A DNA stretch of 64,000 bases, from IMG/VR virus record IMGVR_UViG_3300040770_000387. One strand, 5' to 3'. Below are positions 10,124 to 17,081 of the stretch, piece after piece. The position numbers were made by a program, and so were the translations under genes. How positions within the stretch are numbered: the stretch's first letter is position 1; each line of letters opens with the position of its first letter. The notes beneath the pieces are model-generated. The model made no database searches. It was not told the DNA's origin and saw only the letters and a program-made list of their open reading frames with translations. This DNA comes from a virus.

Positions 10124-10176
10124 CTCCTAAGAGTAACAACCTTGACGTGGTTTAGGAGCTTTAAACTAATAGTTAC
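10124..10176 (+). ncRNA. Minimal HDV-like (theta-like) self-cleaving ribozyme fold
   Basis: P1 CTCCTAA(10124-30)/TTAGGAG(10152-58); P2 GTAACA(10133-38)/T-[A]-GTTAC(10170-76); P3 ACC/GGT; L3 TTGACGT; P1.1 G10144-C10159; J4/2 CTAA with C10166. The +1 base is an atypical C. Confidence 0.65.
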
Positions 10177-10229
10177 AAAAACAGAAAGAAGAAAGAATAC
10201 AACCAATTAACCAACAAAAACAGAAGCAC

Positions 10230-11252
10230 ATGGCATCGATTACAATGATTGACAAACACCAGACACTGAAGCGCAACGCAAAGATTACCATCAGACCTTA
10301 TGTAGATGGAATGACAGCAAACATGGGCTTAGAAAGATACGACATGGTTCTTTTTGAAGGCGTGTTTCACGAGGAGCAAATTTGCTGTCTTGAAAACAAC
10401 GGGATCAGACGTTATGTTACAGGTCTTAATGAGTTTGCTCCGGAGATTAAATTGATTGAAGACGAAGACGAACGTAACGCAGCGATCAAACAGATTCGCC
10501 TTAACGTAGCGCAATTGGAAAGAGAATTGGTTTCTAACGTAATCGACGTAGAAGCAAAAGATTTTTGGAATCAAGTAAAATTACTTAGACCAGATAACGA
10601 TGAGTTTTGGGGAAAGATCACTATGCGTTTTGGAAATGCACCTGTTTTTTTAGAACCAAATTCAGATCCGTATGATTTTATCAAATTGTTAGCTATTGAG
10701 GCAGGAGGATTTTCTCTTGTTTCGAAATCGCTTGAAGAAGCCAGAAGTGCACCAGTAGCTCCTAAGTTTTTCTTAGATCGTTTTGAAGAGACGGCTTCTA
10801 TTCGCACAGAAGTTAAAAAAATGCGTAATAAAGCTCTGGCTGAATTACAAAAACTTTTTGACAAAAACGTAAACAAATTGTTTTACACCTGCAAGGTGGT
10901 AGATGGAAATTCTACACAATACAAAAAGTCTACACCGCTTGATGTTCAGTACGATAACATGGACCAGTATATCAACGGAGAAACTGTAGACAAAGACAAA
11001 CGCAAAACGGCAACACGCTTCTTAGAAGTAGCAGCCTTAGATATGGAGACATTGAAATTGCGTGCTATTATCAAAGATGCTAACTTTTACAAACTTCTTG
11101 CTACCAGAGGGGACGGACTAATTTATCACATGAAATCAAGCACTATGCTAGGAAAGACTCCAGCAGATGTATTGGCTCATTTGAAAAATCCATTAAACGA
11201 GGAAATCCTTGGAGACCTAACCGCTAGTGTAGAGACCTACTGGAACTCATAA
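10230..11252 (+). CDS. Conserved crAss-like protein (gene-75-like) downstream of MCP
   Basis: 340 aa; synteny with the crAss-like capsid block; YVTGLNEFAP and DNDEFW motifs. Confidence 0.7.
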   Translation: MASITMIDKHQTLKRNAKITIRPYVDGMTANMGLERYDMVLFEGVFHEEQICCLENNGIRRYVTGLNEFAPEIKLIEDEDERNAAIKQIRLNVAQLERELVSNVIDVEAKDFWNQVKLLRPDNDEFWGKITMRFGNAPVFLEPNSDPYDFIKLLAIEAGGFSLVSKSLEEARSAPVAPKFFLDRFEETASIRTEVKKMRNKALAELQKLFDKNVNKLFYTCKVVDGNSTQYKKSTPLDVQYDNMDQYINGETVDKDKRKTATRFLEVAALDMETLKLRAIIKDANFYKLLATRGDGLIYHMKSSTMLGKTPADVLAHLKNPLNEEILGDLTASVETYWNS

Positions 11253-11263
11253 TCCTTACTACT

Positions 11264-11410
11264 ATGGCAAAACAAATGATAAAGCGCAAAGATGGTTCTA
11301 CTTCTGCCCGAGGGCTTTGGGATAATGTTAGAGCGAATAAAGGCTCTGGAAAAAAACCCACCGCCGCCATGTTGCAACAAGAGAAAAAAATAAAATCTAA
11401 ATCCAAGTAG
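11264..11410 (+). CDS. Small basic protein, 48 aa (MAKQMIKRKDGSTSARGLWDNVRANKGSGKKPTAAMLQQEKKIKSKSK)
   Basis: Not in the track. actATG leader, Lys/Arg-rich, TAG stop 1 nt before the next ATG. Confidence 0.75.
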   Translation: MAKQMIKRKDGSTSARGLWDNVRANKGSGKKPTAAMLQQEKKIKSKSK

Positions 11411-11411
11411 T

Positions 11412-11537
11412 ATGAAAAAGAAAATGGCAACAGGAGGAACACACAAGATGCCTGATGGTTCAACAATGAAAAATACAGCAATGAAGAACGGCGGTTGCGC
11501 TTGTAAAAAAACAACGGCTTCAAAATATAAAAAGTAA
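11412..11537 (+). CDS. Small basic protein, 41 aa (MKKKMATGGTHKMPDGSTMKNTAMKNGGCACKKTTASKYKK)
   Basis: Not in the track. Fills the gap exactly; HKMPDG motif; two MxxGG motifs. Confidence 0.7.
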   Translation: MKKKMATGGTHKMPDGSTMKNTAMKNGGCACKKTTASKYKK

Positions 11538-11542
11538 AACCT

Positions 11543-11785
11543 ATGGCAAAAACAGCAGCTTGGCAAAGAAAAGAAGGGAAGTCTGCTTCTGGTGGTTTAA
11601 ATCAGAAAGGACGTGATTCTTATAATAAGGCTAATCCGGGTTCCAATCTTAAAGCACCACAGCCAGAAGGCGGTGCTAGAAAAGAATCTTTCTGCGCTAG
11701 AATGTCCGGTGTGAAAGGTCCTATGAAAAAACCAAACGGTGAGCCAACAAGAAAAGCGTTAGCTTTGAAAAAATGGAAATGTTAG
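11543..11785 (+). CDS. Small basic protein, DUF6321-like
   Basis: AWQRKEGK..GGLN.KGR.SY ... SFCARM ... LKKWKC pattern known from aquatic phages. Confidence 0.75.
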   Translation: MAKTAAWQRKEGKSASGGLNQKGRDSYNKANPGSNLKAPQPEGGARKESFCARMSGVKGPMKKPNGEPTRKALALKKWKC

Positions 11786-11788
11786 ATC

Positions 11789-12493
11789 ATGACAAATAAC
11801 TTATTACAAATCAAGATCAAGGAGAGATTAAACAAACTCTCCTCGATGGACTACGACAACATTGAATGCTGGCAGATTGTCGAAGCATTCAACAAAGCGC
11901 AGCTCGAGTGGGTCAGGAATCAGGTGCACGGCAACAACCAACGTAAAGAAGGAGACGGTTCCACTAAGATGCTGATCGACGACTTGCAACCGATACTAGC
12001 AAAAAAACCGCTCACTGCTATTAGCAAAGAAGACGGACAATATTTCCTGAGTGAGACTTTACCCCAGGATTACTTGTATTACAAACGACTGTCGTTGAAA
12101 GCAGCGAACAGTTGCTGCCCCCCAAGGAACATGACCGTTTACTTGGCGGAGGCTGCGGATGTGGATGAGCTTCTCGGAGACGCATTAACAAGACCAAGTT
12201 CGGAGTGGGGTGAAACCTTTTCTGTTATGGCAGGGAATCGTTTCGAGATCTACACAGATGGTAAGTTCACACCCAGTGCCATAAAGCTGTCGTATTACAG
12301 GTCTCCCAGAACTTTGGCTATCGCAGGCTGCGGTAACGCGGATGGGACAGTTTCAACCAGTAATGTCACTTGCGAGTTCAAAGATGATGTTGCAGAATTA
12401 ATTATTGACGAGACATGTGCTATTTTGGCTGGTGACATTGAGTTGTTCAACCAGTACACTAGAGCAAAACAAAACGCTCAGTCAAATAACTAA
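11789..12493 (+). CDS. Tail ring / head-tail adaptor protein (P22 gp4-like tubular family)
   Basis: 234 aa; FNKAQLEWV, LPQDYLYY, YYRSP and ELIIDETC pattern; synteny with crAss-like ring genes. Confidence 0.65.
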   Translation: MTNNLLQIKIKERLNKLSSMDYDNIECWQIVEAFNKAQLEWVRNQVHGNNQRKEGDGSTKMLIDDLQPILAKKPLTAISKEDGQYFLSETLPQDYLYYKRLSLKAANSCCPPRNMTVYLAEAADVDELLGDALTRPSSEWGETFSVMAGNRFEIYTDGKFTPSAIKLSYYRSPRTLAIAGCGNADGTVSTSNVTCEFKDDVAELIIDETCAILAGDIELFNQYTRAKQNAQSNN

Positions 12494-12535
12494 GATTTTC
12501 TTTTCTTATTTTTATAACCTTAACCTTAAATTCTT

Positions 12536-13726
12536 ATGGCTTATTTTCCACATGCCTACCAGAAACTCTTAGTAGGAGTTAATGGATTTACGTCTACGGC
12601 AGGTCACTCTGTGACTTTAGAGACGCAACCAGGTAAAATTGCTGTGATCAACAGTAAGACTAACCAAGTTCAAAACCTTGCTGTTGCCCCAGCCGCAGGT
12701 TTAAATCAAGTATACCTTGCACAAGGTAACTTTCATGCTAACGACAAAATTGGACCTTTCCACGGAGGGTACAAAGAGTCTGTTAAAACCAAAGGGATCA
12801 ATCCTAGATACGTAAGCAAGTTTTACGTGACTGAACCAGCTAATGCTGTAAACAGTATTATTTCTGTTGGTACAGCAACACCAGATGCTTCTTGTGCTAT
12901 CTTATGCGACCTTACGTACAAGTTACGTATTGATGTAAAAGGATCTCCTGCTTTGCGTTTCTTGACTCGTAACGCTTACACTACATTGTCTGCATTTATC
13001 GGATGTTGTGGCGCTGCTACTTATGACCCTTCTGCGGTTCATGAATTATGGGCAACTGAGTTAAACGAAGAGCCTTTGCTTTCACAATTTGTTAAAGCAA
13101 AAGTGAGATACGTTGTAACTAAAGTGGGTTCTGTATCTGACGGTTTTGTTAAGCCTGCAGGTTACGATGCTTTATTAGCAACTGAAAAGTATGCTCAATT
13201 GATTTTAGAAGGTGCTTATGTTGACACTAAATTCGGAACAAGTTCTTTCGCACCGGGAGATCATTACGAATTAGAGCCAGTAAGAATCTATGCTTCTTTT
13301 GTTGGAGCTACAGGATCTGGAACTACAAACGATGCTGCTAAGGAAGGAAATCCTTGTATCACTAACTGTTTCCCAGTTATTGAAACACAAGCTTCTTACC
13401 AAGGAAAAGGGTATGGTGAAACTTTGTTAAGAGAATTAATCTTAGCTAAGAGATACCAACAAGAGCCATGGGCTCAAGACCCACGTATGAGAGAAGTTCA
13501 ACAAGATACACATCTTGCGGAATTGGATCGTTCGGCTAAGTATTTTGTTTATCACATCTTACACTCTGTGCCAAGATCAAGTAATCCTTCAGGAACGATG
13601 GATGCAGATCAGTACTTAGTTAAGATTGTTGTGACTGCAAGAAACACACCTTTCGAAACGTACATGAACTTATTGTTGGCAGGTGTCAACAGTGGAGTTG
13701 CATTAGAAGGGGCTACTGGTTTCTAA
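12536..13726 (+). CDS. Auxiliary capsid protein (crAss gene-74-like)
   Basis: 396 aa, Ala/Gly/Thr-rich beta-type sequence, strongly biased codons, followed by a terminator; position matches the crAss-like auxiliary capsid gene. Confidence 0.6.
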   Translation: MAYFPHAYQKLLVGVNGFTSTAGHSVTLETQPGKIAVINSKTNQVQNLAVAPAAGLNQVYLAQGNFHANDKIGPFHGGYKESVKTKGINPRYVSKFYVTEPANAVNSIISVGTATPDASCAILCDLTYKLRIDVKGSPALRFLTRNAYTTLSAFIGCCGAATYDPSAVHELWATELNEEPLLSQFVKAKVRYVVTKVGSVSDGFVKPAGYDALLATEKYAQLILEGAYVDTKFGTSSFAPGDHYELEPVRIYASFVGATGSGTTNDAAKEGNPCITNCFPVIETQASYQGKGYGETLLRELILAKRYQQEPWAQDPRMREVQQDTHLAELDRSAKYFVYHILHSVPRSSNPSGTMDADQYLVKIVVTARNTPFETYMNLLLAGVNSGVALEGATGF

Positions 13727-13747
13727 TCAGACAAGTCTATAGTTAAC

Positions 13748-13790
13748 ACAAAGGGAGTGGATGTAAAAGTCTTACTCCCTTTGTTGTTTT
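13748..13790 (+). terminator. Rho-independent terminator
   Basis: ACAAAGGGAGT (13748-58) / ACTCCCTTTGT (13774-84) stem followed by TGTTTT. Confidence 0.8.
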
Positions 13791-13805
13791 AATGCGGTTT
13801 TTTTT

Positions 13806-13816
13806 GTAAATTCTTA
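13806..13816 (+). promoter_or_regulatory. Candidate late promoter motif GTAAATTCTTA
   Basis: Immediately after a terminator and about 30 nt before ATG 13849; the motif recurs at 23311 and 39070. Confidence 0.45.
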
Positions 13817-13848
13817 TTAGAGAGCTTAACACTTTTACACACCCCAAA

Positions 13849-14415
13849 ATGGCTATAAAACACAACCTAGCGCTGGACATCCCTGAGACCGCCTGCGAAA
13901 ACATATTGCGAATCATTGATGCGTCTGTCTATGGCCCAAATTTGGATGTAGATTGTCCAAGACTTGACATTACTCTTCCTGGATTTGTTACGCCGATTTA
14001 TATTCATGAAAACTTAGACAAAGCTTTTGTGAGAAACTTGTCAATGGTGGATTTAAAATTGCAAAACGAAGGTTCTGATATTCCTGCAATATTTCCTGAC
14101 GGGTTGTACAAAATCACGTACAGTGTCTCGCCTAACGATTTAGTTTTAGTAGAGTACTACCATCTAAGAACCACGCAGTTAACCAACACTTACTATAAAG
14201 CCCTATGCCAAGTACAACTTGAAAGTTGTGAACCTAGTGTTGAGCAGCATCAAAAACTACACGATCTTCGTTACATAAAAATGTACATTGACTCTGCTAA
14301 GGCTCAGGCAGAATATTGTCATGCGCCAAAACAAGCTTTAGAAATGCTTGTGTATGCAGAGCGTCAAATTGCTAAATACTTAGCAGGAGGATGTGTGAAT
14401 TGTCTTAACCAATAA
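13849..14415 (+). CDS. Conserved crAss-like virion protein, possible tail hub (fibre-attachment) subunit
   Basis: FPDGLYKITYSVSPN..VEYYHLR motif, Cys-rich helical C-terminus; directly precedes the fibre genes. Confidence 0.55.
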   Translation: MAIKHNLALDIPETACENILRIIDASVYGPNLDVDCPRLDITLPGFVTPIYIHENLDKAFVRNLSMVDLKLQNEGSDIPAIFPDGLYKITYSVSPNDLVLVEYYHLRTTQLTNTYYKALCQVQLESCEPSVEQHQKLHDLRYIKMYIDSAKAQAEYCHAPKQALEMLVYAERQIAKYLAGGCVNCLNQ

Positions 14416-14426
14416 AATTAACACTT

Positions 14427-14561
14427 ATGAAAACATGTCCTAATTGCGAAACTGTACTTACGTGCAGCTGTCAAGTAAGAGTAGCATCTGACCAAAAGGT
14501 TGCATGCGCTAGTTGTATTTACAGTTATGAAGAAATGTTAAAAAATCAAGCTTCAGCATGA
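14427..14561 (+). CDS. Small Cys-rich (zinc-finger-like) protein, 44 aa (MKTCPNCETVLTCSCQVRVASDQKVACASCIYSYEEMLKNQASA)
   Basis: Not in the track. CxxC-CxC-CxxC; acacttATG leader; ATGA overlap with 14558. Confidence 0.75.
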   Translation: MKTCPNCETVLTCSCQVRVASDQKVACASCIYSYEEMLKNQASA

Positions 14562-14782
14562 ACTTCTTAGAAAAGATAAACATCCTTATTGCGCAATCCG
14601 CATTTAGCATATACAAGAAAGTAAGGTATGGTATTAAGGATTGCAAACCAAAGATCGATGTGGCTCTTGTCGCAGACTTACGAATCCTACATCTTCGTTC
14701 CGTAGAAAGAATGGCTTGCAACCCTACGGCTGCAGAAGCTCTTCATTTGGACGAGGTTAATGAAAAAATAGCCACCCTATGA
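14558..14782 (+). CDS. Small hypothetical virion-associated protein (74 aa)
   Basis: ATGA overlaps on both sides; RYGIKDC motif. Confidence 0.7.
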   Translation: MNFLEKINILIAQSAFSIYKKVRYGIKDCKPKIDVALVADLRILHLRSVERMACNPTAAEALHLDEVNEKIATL

Positions 14783-17076
14783 GCACACCTATAAATTCAA
14801 GAACAACTGCAACAGCAGATTGCACTCCTATATCAAGCAACTGCGTCGTTTGGAGTGGTGCTAATATTCCATGTCTAGACATTTGTACAGGACAATCTAT
14901 CACTGTTGCTTTAGCGTCAATTGCAAAAAAACTTTGTGAAAGCACTACAGGAGTTATTGACGTTAGTACTTTGGAGTTTTCCTGTCTGGTAGAGAGTGCT
15001 TCTGACAACCCAACTACCCTACTAGAGACCATACAGCTTCTTATAAACAAACAATGTGTAGTAACACCTGTTACACCAGGAACAACACCGGTAACAACTG
15101 CTATTATTTTACCAGTCTGTTTACAATATTCTAACACAGAAGGAGATTTAGTCACTGTGCTACCACAAGACAAATTCAGCTTGCTGTTAGCCACAAAAGT
15201 ATGTTCGCTTATAGCAGACGGTATTGCAGAAGCAATTGCTTTTACAGCACTTGCTGTGCGTGTCAAAGCTTTAGAAGATGCTCCTGCGGCACCAGCTAGC
15301 GGTAATTTTAATGTTACTTCTCAATGTGCTAGTTCTGGAACACCAGGACAAAGTATTCCTATTGCTACAGCTTTTTATAATCTAGAAGCTTCTTTTTGTG
15401 AAATCGAAAGTTTAATTGGTAACTCTGCTGCCATAGCGCAGGCCATAGGAACTGAATGCGTAAATTTAGATAACACAGCGCAATTGTTTGACAGCTCTAA
15501 AACAATGAGCCAACTTGCAGGATGGGTATCTAACCCTGATAATCTTGCTCAAACAATAATTAATCTTTGGTTAACAATCTGCGACATGCGCGGTTCAGTA
15601 GTACAACTTGGAACACCAGGTCCTAAACTGTGCAGTCCTTTGGCTATATTAAATCTGACTATCAGCAAGCAAACGTATGACGGGGCAACTATTACTTGGG
15701 TGCCACCAAATACTGGAAGCGGAGAAGCAGTTTTAGAATATGATATTGAAATCCAAGAATGGGATGGTGTAGCTGTTATAGGAACTGTAGTTTACACAAA
15801 CACTGTAGCAAGCACCGTAAATTCTATTGTTTTAGACAATGGTGCTTTCCTTGGGTCAAGTAATTACAGAGTAAAAATTACAGCTAATTATGCTACTTGC
15901 GGCGACTCTGTTCCTGTAACAAAGGTTGGAAAAATGGCACTTGAAGCAGTAGCGTATTGTCCTGATTTTTCTGAATTTTCACCAGCACTTAGTCTTGCAA
16001 TAAATATGGTTAACACAGGAAGCGGCTATTATGAGTCTGCTCCTATTACGTATAACGGATCAGATCCGACAAGCGTTGTGCTGCGTTATTACGTAGTAGG
16101 ACAATCTAGTTATCCTGCGGCACAAGATGCGCCTTTGTACGATACAGCTATAAAAACAACTTTATTACTTGCGCCTGGAGAAGTGTTTACTTTAGGATAT
16201 TACGTTGGATCACAAGAAGGAGCATATCAAGTTACAGTTGATGCTAAATATTTTGAGTGTAATGCCCCGCCTACAACGCCGGCACCTACTACTACAATAG
16301 CACCTACTACTACAATAGCTGCTACAACTTCTGCACCGACAACAGCAGCACCGACAACAGCAGCACCGACAACAGTAGCAGCTACCACAGCTGCACCAAC
16401 AACAGCAGCACCAACAACAGTAGCTCCTACCACAGCAGCACCAACAACTTCTGCACCGACAACTGCTGCACCATCTACTACGTCATACACATTACAAAAT
16501 GGCGGACAAGCAGATGCAGTATATAACTACACTGATGCTAATGGTGTTTTTGTATCTAGCTTTTTAGGTGGATTTGAGAATCTTGTTATTTGTGCATTAA
16601 CAAATTCTGTTAGCGCAGAAGGAATTATTTCAGTAACTGACAATGGTCCATGTACTGCTCCAACAACGACTGCAGCTCCAACAACGACTGCACCGACGAC
16701 AGCTGCACCAACTACTACTGTAGCACCTGCTAGCACTCTTGCAATTGGTACTTCAGCACCTACTCAGGCAGGAGGTACTATAAACTTTACAGGAGGAACT
16801 CCTAATGAGTCTCTTAATCTAGCGATTACAATGACTTATTTTGATCCAGTTTATTTTGGCTCTTTAGATTTTGCACCTCCAATAAGCGCTCCTACAGTGT
16901 TTGCAAGTTATGATATAGTAGCTGGCTCAGTTCAATTAGACTCAAACGGAAACGCAAGCGCTAGTTATTATGGTAGCCCTGGAGATGCTGCATATACTGC
17001 AACAGTAAGAATAACCGGAAGAAGCTCTGGAGGTCCATTACCAGTAGATGACACTGTTAACATATCTAACTCATAA
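14779..17076 (+). CDS. Fibre/decoration protein with Cys-rich N-terminal anchor, FN3-like domain and mucin-like Pro/Thr/Ala repeats
   Basis: N-terminal SSNCVVWSGANIPCL module; FN3-like ATITWVPP...EYDIEIQ...YRVKITA; two PTTAA repeat tracts. Confidence 0.7.
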   Translation: MSTPINSRTTATADCTPISSNCVVWSGANIPCLDICTGQSITVALASIAKKLCESTTGVIDVSTLEFSCLVESASDNPTTLLETIQLLINKQCVVTPVTPGTTPVTTAIILPVCLQYSNTEGDLVTVLPQDKFSLLLATKVCSLIADGIAEAIAFTALAVRVKALEDAPAAPASGNFNVTSQCASSGTPGQSIPIATAFYNLEASFCEIESLIGNSAAIAQAIGTECVNLDNTAQLFDSSKTMSQLAGWVSNPDNLAQTIINLWLTICDMRGSVVQLGTPGPKLCSPLAILNLTISKQTYDGATITWVPPNTGSGEAVLEYDIEIQEWDGVAVIGTVVYTNTVASTVNSIVLDNGAFLGSSNYRVKITANYATCGDSVPVTKVGKMALEAVAYCPDFSEFSPALSLAINMVNTGSGYYESAPITYNGSDPTSVVLRYYVVGQSSYPAAQDAPLYDTAIKTTLLLAPGEVFTLGYYVGSQEGAYQVTVDAKYFECNAPPTTPAPTTTIAPTTTIAATTSAPTTAAPTTAAPTTVAATTAAPTTAAPTTVAPTTAAPTTSAPTTAAPSTTSYTLQNGGQADAVYNYTDANGVFVSSFLGGFENLVICALTNSVSAEGIISVTDNGPCTAPTTTAAPTTTAPTTAAPTTTVAPASTLAIGTSAPTQAGGTINFTGGTPNESLNLAITMTYFDPVYFGSLDFAPPISAPTVFASYDIVAGSVQLDSNGNASASYYGSPGDAAYTATVRITGRSSGGPLPVDDTVNISNS
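16267..16482 (+). repeat. Coding tandem repeat, about 15-bp unit (PTTAA), roughly 14 copies
   Basis: gcaccgacaacagca-type units encoding PTTAAPTTAAPTTVAATTAAP... Confidence 0.95.
16654..16728 (+). repeat. Second Pro/Thr/Ala coding repeat tract
   Basis: Encodes TAPTTTAAPTTTAPTTAAPTTTVAP. Confidence 0.9.
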
Positions 17077-17081
17077 TATAA

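Noticed and set aside
12527-12536. TAAATTCTTA as another copy of the promoter motif
   Set aside because: It lacks the leading G and overlaps the start codon, so it is probably just an AT-rich leader.
10061-13761. Near-complementarity of TCCACTTCCCT (10061) to AAGGGAGTGGA (13751)
   Set aside because: The match is short and imperfect, and the 13751 segment is already paired in its own terminator stem.
16267-16482. Possible CRISPR or mini-array
   Set aside because: The units are contiguous, in-frame and degenerate, with no unique spacers; this is a coding repeat.
16227-16736. Minus-strand ORFs with GAAVV repeats
   Set aside because: These are the antisense mirror of the PTTAA repeats. Like the many other minus-strand track ORFs, they overlap long + strand genes and have no independent support.
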